Assembly: GCA_028534125.1 (NCBI GenBank)
Contig: CM052818.1
Coordinates: forward strand, 3,598,001 to 3,662,000
Direction: 5' to 3'
DNA from: Lama glama
Taxonomy: Eukaryota
DNA: 64,000 nucleotides
The position numbers and the translations under genes are program-made. Shown here one piece after another: positions 13,151 through 25,285 of the stretch (the stretch's first letter is position 1; every line of letters begins with the position of its first letter). The notes under the pieces are model-generated. The model did no database searches. It had not been told where the DNA came from and saw only the letters and a program-made list of their open reading frames with translations.

Positions 13151-14015
13151 TTGGAAGGCAGGATACCCATTTATGGACGTGTGTGCGCACGGACACACAC
13201 ACACACACACACACCCTCTAGAAAATAACAGCAAATGCCCTGGGAAGATTCTACAGTTCAAAAGGAGCACCTCAGTGCAAACAACAGCAAGGGGTAAAGA
13301 GTGATTAGAACAGAGTGAATAATACCAACTTTGACCAAACATGTTAGCTTTATCATTTTATAGATAACATTTTTTAAAATCCATAAACTTCCTTGCCTTT
13401 TTGAACACAAGATGGAGCATAGGATTTAACTTTCTTTGACATTCATTGTCACTTTGTTTCATTGTTATGTGAGCCAGTTATTGTTCTAGGCTATAAACGA
13501 ATATGTTCGTGGACTATTGAAAACTGTAGTATTTTGCACTTGATTAAATGACCCCCAGGTTTTTAAATTCTTGTATCTGTTTTTAATAATTTCCTGTCTT
13601 TCTTGTTGTTCAGCTGTTGGCTTTTACATTAAGCCGTTGTCCTTGTGCCTGTCCCTCAGAGCATCCCACTAGGGCCATCTCTCGTCTCATTTGCTCTCTT
13701 AACTGCTTCCGACATGGAAAACGGATCATCAAACTCATTGAAATTATATAGAGATAAATCGATTCAGACTGAAGGCGAGAGGCATTCTGCTCTGAGCACT
13801 GTGCTTGAACTTTCGGGCTTCAGACTTCCTTTCCTCGGCTGTTCCTCAGCTAGTGCAGCGACTAGACAGGGACCTTTGAATAACCAAGGTGTTGCCAGAA
13901 TGCAATAAAAAGAGTCATGTCCAGATGTCAGTTTGGAGGGTGCCCTTCGCCTCCGGCAGGTGTGTGCATCATGAGATTCCGCTGGAATGAACCGAGCGGT
14001 GTTTTGTCCCTCCAG

Positions 14016-14120
14016 GCAAACATCCTGAGAAGCTTGGAGGCTCAGCTGAGAGTTTGATCCCAGGCTTTCAACCAGCCCAAGGTGATGCTTTTGCTGCTCC
14101 CTCGTTTTCTGCTGGACCTG
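14016..14120 (+). CDS. AAK1: AAK1 coding exon (probably exon 16), [35 protein letters not shown]
   Basis: cag|GC acceptor and G|gttagt donor; 105 nt, phase 1 to 1; not in the ORF track, read directly from the sequence. Confidence 0.93.
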
Positions 14121-15181
14121 GTTAGTATGGCAAACACCTGAAACACAAGACTCGCTTTTGTTACCTTCACACTGGTTTCCAGTCCACAGATAACCCTAGC
14201 TTGCCAGTGAGCCCCAGATCCTGGTGGTATAACGTATTTTCCTTTATTCAGAAGATTTCCTATAAAAAGGTAGGGATGAAAAAAAAGTCTAGAAGTCAGT
14301 TTGAATTAGAATGGCAGGGTGATCTGGCAGCGATGTAATTTACAGGATTTGTTCTAAGTACACAGACATCTTTTTAAGCAAATATTTCTAAATTTCAGGA
14401 ACATCACTCTGTTAATCTCTTGTAACTGCTTAAGTTCCTTGGAATGACTTGAAGAATTCTAAGAAATATATGTTCTATCCTATATCTAAGACTCTACTGT
14501 GCTGTGTTTTTGTGCATGTGTGTGTGTGTACTAATGGGGAGAGTATCTTTTGAAATGAGACTTTTAAAAAAAATTCTGCAATGATAAAAACCGAATTTTC
14601 CCTTCTATTAATAAATACTATACATATTCAGTAATTTGTAGAAAAGCACAGAGAAGACAGTTAAAATCCCCATGATCTCAGCCCTGAGAAGTTCGCTCAG
14701 GGGTTCCATTTTGATGTCTGTTGGTGGCTTTTAACCTTTTTTAGGGTTGCAGATATCTTTGTGAATCTAAGCAAAGTTACAGATTTTCTCCCTTATAAAA
14801 ATGCATGTGACCCTAATTTTGTACACAGTTTGCAGCCTCTGCTTTTAACTCTAATGTACATCTTTATGGTCATATTTTAAAGCCTAGTTTTTTTAACTTA
14901 CAAAATTTGGCACATTTCGCCCACGTCATTAAAGAAGCTCCTAGAATAAAATTTTTAAATATCTACATTATATTCCTTTATATGGATATAGCCTAATGTA
15001 TTTAACGAAGTATCTCTTTTTCAAACATTAATTTGATGTCAGTATTTTACTATTACAAATTCCTCAGCAATGGATATGAGGTTTAGAATACCTCCCTCAA
15101 TTTTTCTGCTCATAATAAGGCAAATTTGGTAATATTTTCCTAGAAAATCATCTGCAGTTTAAAATTTTTTTAAATTAAGTA

Positions 15182-15388
15182 GGGAGTGGGTATAGCTCAG
15201 TGACAGAGTGCATGCTTAGTATGCCTGAGGTCCTGGGTTCACTCCCCAGTACTTCCATTAAAAAACAAATAAATAAACCTAATTACACCCCCACCTAAAT
15301 AAATAAATAAATACATACATACATACATACATACATACATAAATACACAGAAACAATAAAACAAAACCAAACAAGTTGAAAAAAACAA
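15182..15388 (+). mobile_element. tRNA-derived SINE (Vic-1-like) with (AAAT)/(ACAT) microsatellite tail
   Basis: A/B boxes and shared tail motif. Confidence 0.85.
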
Positions 15389-17584
15389 AGTAGAAGAATA
15401 CATTTAAATCTTTTATAGTATTTTCTCTGCATACATCAATTAATTGTACGCTTTTGTGTTTCTCTTTTTCTTGGTGATTCTAGCTACAGATTTGCTGTTT
15501 TATTATCTTTCAAAGACAACTCCATAAAATCTACTGTTTTTCTGTCTGCTGATTCTTCAACTTTTGCTTTTATCTTTTTGATTAGTTCCTTGTTTTTCTT
15601 AGGTTCACTTTATTGATATTAAAAAGAATGCCTAGTAAATTTTTTAAAAATTCTTTTTAAAAATAGTGAAAGTATTTAGAATTTTTCTCTCAGTGTAACA
15701 GTGACTTTCAACCAGCATGAGAGCAGGGAGGGAGGCTAATTATAATCTCCAGGAAGACCTTTTTTGCAAATATCCCAATATTCTCTTTTCTCCTTCTTCC
15801 TCCAATTGCCCACCCTACCCCAACCTTTGAGGATTACACTGTTATTGAGAGTGCATTTCAATAGGTGTGTGTTTCCCTTGTAAGAGAAAACTGAAGTTTT
15901 AACCATATCCCATAAGTCTTCATATGATGCTCTCATTTTTGTTAGTATTTTGGAATAGGCGTTGGAGTCATTTGGAAGGTGTGCTTTTTAATACTGAGTA
16001 GTTAAAAATTTCTGTGTTATTTCTCATTTTTAGCTTTGTTGTCCAGTCTATGTCATTTTTAAATTTCTTGGTATTTTGTTCTGATTTGAAGTGCTTGCAG
16101 TTTGATATGCCATGTCATTGACTGGATATACCAAATGTGTAAAGCATTGGCTACTGTCCCTGAGCTAAAACATCACAATGTTGACCATTTATGGAGCTGG
16201 GTCGGATGTAGTTTCCCTGGAAAGGGGGTCATGGAATAAGCTCTAGGAGGGTCTTTGCTGCTAAATCCCAGCATTTAGTTCAGTGTTTGGCTCAGTCCAG
16301 ATTTGTTGAATGAATGAGAGGGGTTGCTTTTTGCCAAAGGATTGGAGCTTGGACTCCTCAGTGTTAATGACAAAGCTTTCTAATCATTTTCCATCCACTC
16401 CCAGTTTTAGTGCCTAATTCTTGCTTATCACCCATGGTTATGTTTTGTGGGTTTTTTGTCTGTTTGAACTGCTTTTTAAAGAGTTGTTTTTTGTTTTTAT
16501 TTTTGCCCTTTATACTCACTTTGAAGGCTACAATCGCAATTATTTTTTTAAGGACCTTACAGGCTCAACCATTAAAAAATATAAATTTGAGTAAAGTTGT
16601 AACAGCGATAACAGCATATGGAGTACATGCAGCATGCTCAGCCCCCTGGGTAAGCGCTTTTATGCGCCTTTTCTCAGGTGATCCTTCACAGCAGCCCACG
16701 AGAGGCTAAGTGACCTGCTCAGGGTCAGAGCTGGAGAGTAACAGGAGAGAGATTTGTACCTGGCGGCTCAGTACAGAAGCTGTAGTCGTCACCACATCTC
16801 AGAAATCCATCAGTGACACTGAGCTCTTAAAACATTACAAAACATCTTCACGTTTTCCTCTTTTTATTCAGTATTTTTCTGTGAACATCTGCGTATTTTC
16901 CTGTCATTCATATTAGTAGTGTGAGTTTTTTTTCTATGATACCTCATTCTTTACAAATGAAAGAAAGTCATATCTAAATCCCAGAAGTTAGTGTGTCCTC
17001 TTTTGTACGAATTTCAGGGTGGCACCATTTGCTGCAAGTTTTCTAATCAAACTTAAAATCTTCACTGATTTTAAATGTTCTAACCAGCCAAGGGAGGAAG
17101 TAAGCAGGAAATGTGGTAATGAGCTGGGGGGGATGGCCCAAGGGCTGTTGTTCACATTTTTAAGGTAAAAGCTGCAAAAACTATGTCCTCCATACATTGG
17201 AGGAGAAACAGGCAGACAATTCAAACTTGACATTTGCTTCTTCATTTTAAATATTTTTCTGCTGATTTTATATACATTCATTTGTGAAAATTTTAAAAAA
17301 TGACTAAAATCCTAAAGAAGCAAGATTAAAAAAACTCATGACCCCACTCTAAGAGGAAAGCATCGCTAACATTTTACAATATTTAACGTCATAGGTTTAT
17401 TTCTGCATACGTAGTTTTTCAAAAATGAATTGTAATTTGTGTAATTCATTCTTTTTCTTTTAATGTATTTCATTCTGTCTCATTTTAAAATATTTCGGAG
17501 ACTTAAGAACTTGATTTTACTCTTCTCTTCCTTCATCTACCATTAAAGAAGCTTAGTTAAATGCCCACTTTAATGATATTCTCG

Positions 17585-17935
17585 AAATGACAGAATTACA
17601 GAGACCAGGACAGGAGTAGGAATGGATGTGACTATAAAATAGTACAAGTAGAGAGGCGTTCTTTTGTTTGTGGAATAGTTGTGTGTCATTGTTGTGGTGC
17701 TTGGGCTACTTTGTACATAACATTGAATTGCAAGGAACTACACACACACAAGCAAATGAGTACGCGTGAAGACTGGTAGAAACTGAATAGAGTTTCGCTG
17801 GCAGAACTGCAGCAGTGTCAGGGACATCGGGCTACAGCTGTGTAAGGACTCACCACTGGGGGAGGCTGGGTGAAGGGCTCACAGGGCTCTTTGTACTGCA
17901 GCTTTCTATGATTCTATGATTGTTTGAAAATAAGT
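17585..17935 (+). mobile_element. Old L1M-type 3' end fragment
   Basis: Resembles recalled L1MC/MD 3'UTR (CACTGGGGGAGGCTGGGTGAAGGG...CTCTTTGTACT); boundaries approximate. Confidence 0.5.
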
Positions 17936-18783
17936 TTTTTTTTAAAGCTTCTTTATGAAAGACTAAATTAGATTTTAATTCAGGAACAAACTGAATATTA
18001 AAATGCAAGGTAAAGAATGGTAAAATAGGAAGCGGGAGACCTGGGTGTTGATCCTGGGACTGCTGCTGGACCTCTGACTAGTCTCTTAACTTCTGGGCTT
18101 CATTTCCTTTTCTGGAAAATAAGAAAATTGTTCTAGAAAATCCTGAGATTCCTTCAAGCTCTGATACTCTATATGGTGTGTAGATTTCTGTAAGTTTGCC
18201 AAATACAGGATGAATGCCAGTAATATGGTAGATATAGTCCTGACGTTAGGGCTTGTCTAAACTTGCAATAGGCAAGAAATCTATTTCTGCCTCTGTCTGC
18301 CTGCCTTGCACTGCATTAGACACTTGGTGATAGACTAGGACTCAGTCCCTAAAGGACCTCAAGAGGGTAGTGGGTTACACAGGAAGTACCTATGCATATC
18401 GTCTCAGTTACAAAATAGACAAAGTTTGTTTACATTACCAAAACGTGTGCTAAGGATAGTAATTGCTAGAGGAATTGTGAGAGATCACTGTGGATGGCAG
18501 TATCCAAGGAAGAAGTGGAATTTCAAGTGAATGAGTATCCTGGTTTTATCATTAATTTCATCTCAGAGTATGTTGCAAGGACCAGATTATGTATCTCAGG
18601 CATACTTTGCTGTTACATTGGATTGTATCCAATCATCCCTCTATATTTGGCCTATAAGTTTTGACTTACTCTATAACTTGAGTTGGGTTAGCAGAGGGTA
18701 AATACATCTCGATTTACTTGATGTTTTCTGCTTTTCTCTTTTTTCCTCTCCTTGACCCTTCCTTCTCCTCCAACCGACTCCAG

Positions 18784-18879
18784 CTGAAAAAAGGAAGGGT
18801 GGGCAGACTGTGGATTCTAGCCTTCCTCTTCTAAGCGTATCTGATCCTTTCATTCCTCTTCAAGTTCCTGAGGCACCAG
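18784..18879 (+). CDS. AAK1: AAK1 coding exon (probably exon 17), [32 protein letters not shown]
   Basis: Long pyrimidine tract plus cag|CT acceptor; G|gtaggt donor; 96 nt, phase 1 to 1; DPF motif. Confidence 0.93.
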
Positions 18880-21812
18880 GTAGGTAAATAAAACTGATCT
18901 GAAGTTAAGTTACATCCCAGGACCTATATAGTTTAGTATAGTAATTGGCTTTTGAGTGACTTCCTGTTCCTATTTTGCTATAATGTGCTTGGATTTTTGT
19001 ACGATAGAAATACACAATAAAATGTGACAGGGAATGTGAGTCAGGAGCCCTGGGTTCCACTGCCTTCCACTGTCTGGGCTTGGCGCTGCATCACTGAAGT
19101 AAGTAGGACTGCATGAGTCCTCATCTCCCCTGAGGTCTGCCATGTGCTGATTTTTAAGTAAGCAAATTAAAAAAGTAAGAAGTGGGAAAGAAAAAAGAAA
19201 GAAATGGTTAGTGTGGTCTGACTGACACAGCTTTTGAAACAATAATCGGATGCTTTCCTTTTGGGTTTCGTGAATGGTAGCGATTTCTCTTCCTGCCCCC
19301 CTCCCCATCCTTTCGGGGCGAGGGGAGCACGGCGCGAGGAACAGACAGACGCTGCCCTTTCTCTTCCTGATCAGTCTCTTTGAAGAAGCAAATAAAGCCA
19401 GCTCCTTCAAAACAGCTGACAGTCATTTTGCTTCTGATAGTTTTTTTTTTCCTTTTTCCAATTCTTACTCCTGCCAATTTCTTAGTCTTAAACTAAAAGA
19501 ATCTGCTTGGTTTTTCTTCTCTCCCAAAATGTTAAAGCGGTTTATGGGTTTGATTGCCTCAAGATTGGAAGTGATTGTGATGATCGTGTCCTCTCCTTAC
19601 TGAGACAGACCGCAGCTAGGTTACCAAGATGGTTTTTGTTCCTTTAGGTCGTCTGTTGACCCTTCCAAGAGGAAGCAAAAATTTGCCTTAATCAGGTAGC
19701 ATTGTGTAACTTTATAGCTTGCTGGACCTGGAGGTGGGTCAAAAATGTCTAAAATCATTAAGGAATGATTCAGTATAGGGTAGGTAAAGAAAAGAGAAGA
19801 AAGGTATCAGATAGAGGTCCTTTTCTCCGTTGTGTCCTTTGGGTGTGCCTGACAGTGCCTAGGCGGGGCTGGTTTCACGCTGAAGGCTAGAAAGGATGAG
19901 CTGCAAACTCAAGTTGGGGCCCACTGGCCTCTGTTCCCTCCCTTTTGTAGCAGTCATAGAATCAGACAAGGAAGAGGATTATTGAGGCATTCTCCCTTTG
20001 ACATTCCTTTCGGTCCTTGCCTTGCTCTTACGCTGGTAGCTCATGAGCTGCAAGAAGCTGGAAGGGTGGCCTCCTGGCACAAGCCGGAGGATGAAAGCAT
20101 GTATCAGCCGTGTCAGTCCTTTGCACTCCAGTGTGGACTTCTCAAATCACTGAGCATGAAACCCAGGCTTCTTTCTTACCATACTGGCAAGGCCCTGACT
20201 GGTGTGGCCCTTGGCTGCCCCTCTAACCTGAGCTCATAGCATCCTTCCCTTCAGTCTTTCCTCCAATGGGCTAAGCTTGTTCCCACCTCAGGGCCTTTAC
20301 ACTTTCTGGGCCTCTGCCTGGAAAATTCTTCCTTCTTGTCATTCGACATTTGGGTCTCAGCTTAAATGGGCCATGTCAGAGAGGCCCAACATGGTCCCAC
20401 AGGCACTCTCAGTCACTCCCCCTGGCTTTTTCCTTCATAGCATTTAGTCATGACATTGTCCATTTTCACTTGTTCATTGCCTCTCTTTCCCGACCCGAAT
20501 GACAGTGTCCTGAGGGAGGGACCTTGTCTGCCTTATTTGCCCCTGTGCCGCCAGTGCCGAGAACTCTGCCAGGCATAGCTGGCAAACAGTGAGTATTTGC
20601 AGATTAGATAAATAAATAAAACCTGAGGCTGAAAGGCTTTGGGCAGTCCCATTACCCTCCATTTCTGTCCCCAGATACCAGACACCAAACTACTGGCTCC
20701 ATAGCCTTCCGTCTGTGCCTCTGTCAACCCCCAGCCCCAGGGGCTTCCTACCCACCCTTTCAGGATGCATTAACAAAGGCACAGCCCACGGCATCAGGAG
20801 GCTGCCAGACCCTGGGATGAGAGTAGTAGCTTGGCTCAGCAGAGCCTTCAGCTCCCTCCTTTGATGATGCTCTCCAGAACTTGGGCTAATTATGGCATGT
20901 TACCGCTGTGTCTTTGATTATTTTATTTAACACTCAGCCTATAGCACGTCCAATTATATAGCTCCTTTATTCAAGGCCCCTACATCCTTCCTTAGCGTCT
21001 TGAAATGCCCAATGAGGCAAGGGCTGAGTTTAGTGTCTCTGGGACCTTGGCTGGCTGGAGATTTCTCTCCTGCCCCCTAAAGGAAGCAGTGTGTCACTGC
21101 CTCCAGCCCATGGTGGACGCGGGTCAGGTGTGTTGGCTGGCTGGTTGGTTGGTTTTGCATACGTGCTTGCCTCCCACACTCAGCCTTCCTGATGATAAGA
21201 ATCATGGAACCTTAGTCTCCTGATAACTATGCCTTTTATGACTTAACATTTTATTTTATGCTTTTAAAATGTTTTACGTATAATTTCCTTCGATCACACA
21301 AATTGTACAGATTGGTGGGTATGTCAGGTAATCTCTCTCTTTATGAGTGAGGAAGTAAGGCCTTAGAGCGGCTGTGACGGTGCTGTTCCTGCTCCGCCTT
21401 CCTCCACATGGCCCACAGCCCCCACGCAGGGAGTGGTCGTTTAGGGACAGATCCCAGATCTATAAAGCCTTTGACCAGACAGCTAAATTTAAGGTTTAGG
21501 GAAATACAAGAATGGATTTGAACCTGTAAGACCCTGGTTCCAGCCACTAAGTAGCAAGGTGATTTTGATCAGATGACCCAAACTCTGTGTTGTCTTCCTC
21601 CTCAGAACTGGCGATAGTAAAACCTACCTTATGGAGTGGCTTTGTGGTTCAGATAAAATCACGTATTTGAAATTGCTTTGTGAACTTTAAATTAGTATAA
21701 AGATAGGAAGTGCTTTCACAGCTTTGTTCCTGGGTTCTTTTTCCCAGTAAGACAGTCCTAGTTGCCAGAAAGTCTTAGCAATGATATTTTTCTCTTATAG
21801 AAATGAAACTTA

Positions 21813-21998
21813 GTTGGGAGGGTATAGCTGAAGTTGTAAAGCACATGCTTAGCATGCATGAGGTCCTGGGTTCAATCCCCAGTACCGCCTCTAAAAATAA
21901 ATAAGCCTAATTTCCTTCCCCCTCCCCAAATAAAATAATTAAATAATACAATAATAAATAAATAAAATATTAAGAGAAGAAACAGCTCTTTAAAAAAA
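21813..21998 (+). mobile_element. tRNA-derived SINE (Vic-1-like)
   Basis: A/B boxes, AATAAA repeats, TCTTT then A run; perfect 14-bp TSD AGAAATGAAACTTA at 21799-21812 and 21999-22012. Confidence 0.9.
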
Positions 21999-22117
21999 AG
22001 AAATGAAACTTACTCTTATAACCTATGAGCTTTGCACAACTGAGAGCCATTAAAGTATAATTCCTTGATATTAATGACTGTTGAACTGTGGGTGAATGGG
22101 GCACTGGCTAATTGGAT

Positions 22118-22121
22118 CTTT

Positions 22122-22181
<60 letters not shown>

Positions 22182-22256
22182 TCCTTCCTTCCTTCCTTCC
22201 TTCCTTCCTTTCTCCCTTCCTCCCTTCCTCCCTTCCTCTCTTTCTTTCTTTCTTTC
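22118..22256. repeat. Compound (TTTC)n/(TTCC)n microsatellite
   Basis: Directly visible pyrimidine tetranucleotide array. Confidence 0.95.
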
Positions 22257-22292
22257 ATTTTTGTTTTCCAAAGCATCATAAAACAAATTTTT

Positions 22293-22363
22293 TTTACAGC
22301 TTTTTAACATTTTTATTGATTCATAATCATTTTACAGTGTTGTGTCAAATTCCAGCGTTCAGT
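22293..22363 (-). mobile_element. Extremely 5'-truncated young L1 3' end
   Basis: Nearly identical to 5741-5799; TSD ATAAAACAAATTTTT at 22278-22292 and 22364-22378. Confidence 0.75.
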
Positions 22364-22589
22364 ATAAAACAAATTTTTGTAGAAAACCTGGCATAAAAAA
22401 AATCACAGCATGAGCATTTGTGGACTCAGAGTATTTCATTATGCTCCTATGCCATGTGTTCATTTATTTTGTTTTTTATTTGCATTAGGGAACAGATACC
22501 ATAGAGGTAGTCCCAGAGTTTTAAAATATGGTAGAGAAGATTGAAGAATTTGCTGTGAAAATTGGTGGCAAGGTTTAATGATCTTTTAG

Positions 22590-23235
22590 AATCATGGTAA
22601 ATATCCGTTTTTAAGTGGACAGACTTTCCCGTTTTTAAGTGGACAGTTCAGTGACATTAAGTGCATCATACTCTTCATGACCGTCACCACCATTCATCCA
22701 CAGACCGTTTCTTCATCTTGCAAAACTGAAACTTTCTACTCATTAAACGATTTCTCATTCCTGCTTCTGCCACCCCAGCCCTTGGCAACTACCATTCTAC
22801 TTTATCTCTCTTTGTGAATTTGACTACTCTAGCTCCCTCACCTAAGTGGAATTATACAATATTTGTCCTTTTGTGACTGGTTTATTTCACTTAACATAAT
22901 CTCCTCATGGTTCATCCATGTTGTAGCATGTATCGGATTTCCTTTTTCTTCAAGGCTGAATAATATTCTGTTGTGTGTATGTTCCACATTTTGTTTATCC
23001 ACTCAACTGTTAATTGACACATGGGTTGCTCCTAGGGTCTGGCTGTTGTGAATAATGCTTCTGTAAGCATGAGTGTGCACGTATCTCCTCAAGACTCAAG
23101 ATTCTCTGGGGTATATACTCAGAAATAGAATTGCTGGATCCTATGGCAATTCTGTTTTTCGTTTTTTTGAGGAACTGCCTTACTGTTTTCCACAGTGGCT
23201 ATGCCTTTTTACCTTCCCACCAGCAGTGCTCAAGA
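22590..23235 (-). mobile_element. L1MB/MA-type 3' fragment
   Basis: CAGCCCTTGGCAACTACCATTCTACTTT...TTTGTCCTTTTGTGACTGGTTTATTTCACTTAACATAAT...GAATTGCTGGATCCTATGG, a classic antisense L1M 3' region. Confidence 0.8.
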
Positions 23236-24610
23236 GTTTGAGGAAAGGATTTTTATAGCAGCCCCTCCATACTGACCTTGCAACATCAGTGTTCCACAAG
23301 ACTAAGCAAGAATGCATTTGTTACCCCGTAAGTGCCACTTCCTAGAATTAACAGCGTTTTTTAAAAAAGTGGTTTCTGATTTATTGCACTCTGTCTTCAC
23401 TTAAAAAGTAGGCAAGAGAAGCCATGTTTTCTTAGTGGTTTGTTAGTCAAGAGAGGCGTTCCTCTCAGAGCGATTGGCTTGGCATCTTCCTCACTTCCAG
23501 CTGCTGTCTGGTGATACTGAAAAGTCCAGGGTTGACCATATTGTGTGTCTTTGCTCTGGAAAGTTTATCTTCCCACAGACTCAGTTCTCTAAAATGGACT
23601 TGGAATGGGTCGTGGTGGTTGGCTTTTGATTCCAGCTTGCAGATGTCGCAGATGGTTTAGTGTCTGGCTTCTCAGCGATAGGAGTTATTTAGAGTGACTA
23701 CAATTTAAAAACAGCATGTCTTATTACAAAACTTCAGGGCTTACGCCCCAAGTCAGACAAGATGTAAATTTCCAAAGCCACAAAAACTGTAGCAGCCAAG
23801 ACATCTTTTTTCATGGGACTTGCATGAGGCTCTTTGGTGTTTGTTCGTTCAATCTGCTTTCCTCCTCTCGGTCCTCGTCCTATAATTAGGGTTGGAATAA
23901 GCCTTGAGCAAGCCCTTAGTCTCCGTAGCTGTGTAAATAGATGTCTATCCTCACTTTTGATATTTTAAAAAAGAGAAAGCTCACAGCTTGCAGTCTATCC
24001 CAGTCTTCTGCCAGGAAGTGGTTCTGATCATCTAACCTTAGACTGGTTTATGAAAGATTTAGTACCTTCTTGCCTTGAGATTTATATTTTCAATGACTAA
24101 GTCTTGAAAGGAGAAATATAAGAATCTGAAATGGATTAATTCCTACTTTCAACTCTAGCCACTACCTCCTTCTCTCTTCTCGTAGTCCCTTTGTGTTAAT
24201 GCCACATAATTAAACATAATACCACTCATGTTTAATAGGAGATGGGAGGTGCTCAGAAGAGGAGACCTTTCCTCTCACTTCTCCCCTTAATTGCAAAGTA
24301 CTAACAATCCTCTCCTTTAAAAGCATGCTTGATTTCCACTATCCAGGCTAACTAATTCTGCATCCCATTTTTCTCAGGGAGTCCACCTTCTCAGTCTTTG
24401 GTTTTAACCATGATTTCAGTGCTTTTCTAAGCTCTTAACCTGACTCATTTTTATTCGGGAGCCCTAGAGACCTAAGAAGGAACAGATTGTGGTCATGGGA
24501 CCACTCATTTTTAACTCATGCCCATGTCATTTAGGAACCCTCTCAGTGTCCTTCTCCGCAGTTATTATCAGTTCACATCTCCAGTTTCATCTCTAAGCAG
24601 TCCATCTTCT

Positions 24611-25115
24611 TCGTCTTTTTAAAACAACCTTATTGTGGTATAATTTCTGTACAGAAAACAACACATATCTCAGATGTACAATTTGATGACTTTTGTTAGA
24701 TGTATACACCTGTAAAACCACCACCACAATCAAGATACCTAACATTTCCATCACTCCCAAGAGGTACAAATTTCAAACTCCCAATTTATCCCTTTCCACC
24801 CCCTTTACCCCCTGGTAACCGTAAGTCTGTTTTCTATGTCTGTGAGTTTGTTTCGGCTTTGTAAATAAGTTTGTGTCCTTTTTTTTTTAGATTCCACGTA
24901 TAAGTGATATCACATGGTATTTTTCTTTCTCTTTCTGACTAACTTCACTTAGAATGACGATCTGCAGGTCCATCCATGTTGCTGCAAATGACTTTCTTTA
25001 TTCTTTTTTATGGCTGAGTAGTATTCCATTGTATAAGTACACCACATCATCTTTATCCAATCATCTGTCGATGGACGTTTAAGTTGTTTCCATGATTCAG
25101 CTCTTGTAAATAGTG
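24611..25115 (-). mobile_element. Composite L1 fragment (old-type 3' end plus younger L1 3'UTR)
   Basis: Two L1-like segments joined near 24762 and flanked by an 18-bp direct repeat with 2 mismatches. Confidence 0.7.
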
Positions 25116-25244
25116 CTAAGTGGTCCATCTTCTAAGCAACCAGTTCCTACTTCCCTCTTTTCTCCCTCTCGTTGGATGATTGAACTTCTAGAGGTGGATA
25201 AGACCTTTAATTTATCTTCATTTTATCAGTAAGAAAACTTAGAT

Positions 25245-25285
25245 TGACACAACACTGTAAACTGATTATAACTCAATTAAAAAAA
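25245..25285 (+). mobile_element. Minimal L1 3' end insertion
   Basis: TGACACAACACTGTAAACTGATTATAACTCAATT plus A run; TSD AAAAC(T/C)TAGAT on both sides. Confidence 0.6.

Noticed and set aside
22016..22396. Several ORFs with KERK/FFLS repeats
   Set aside because: Translations of the (TTTC)n/(TTCC)n microsatellite
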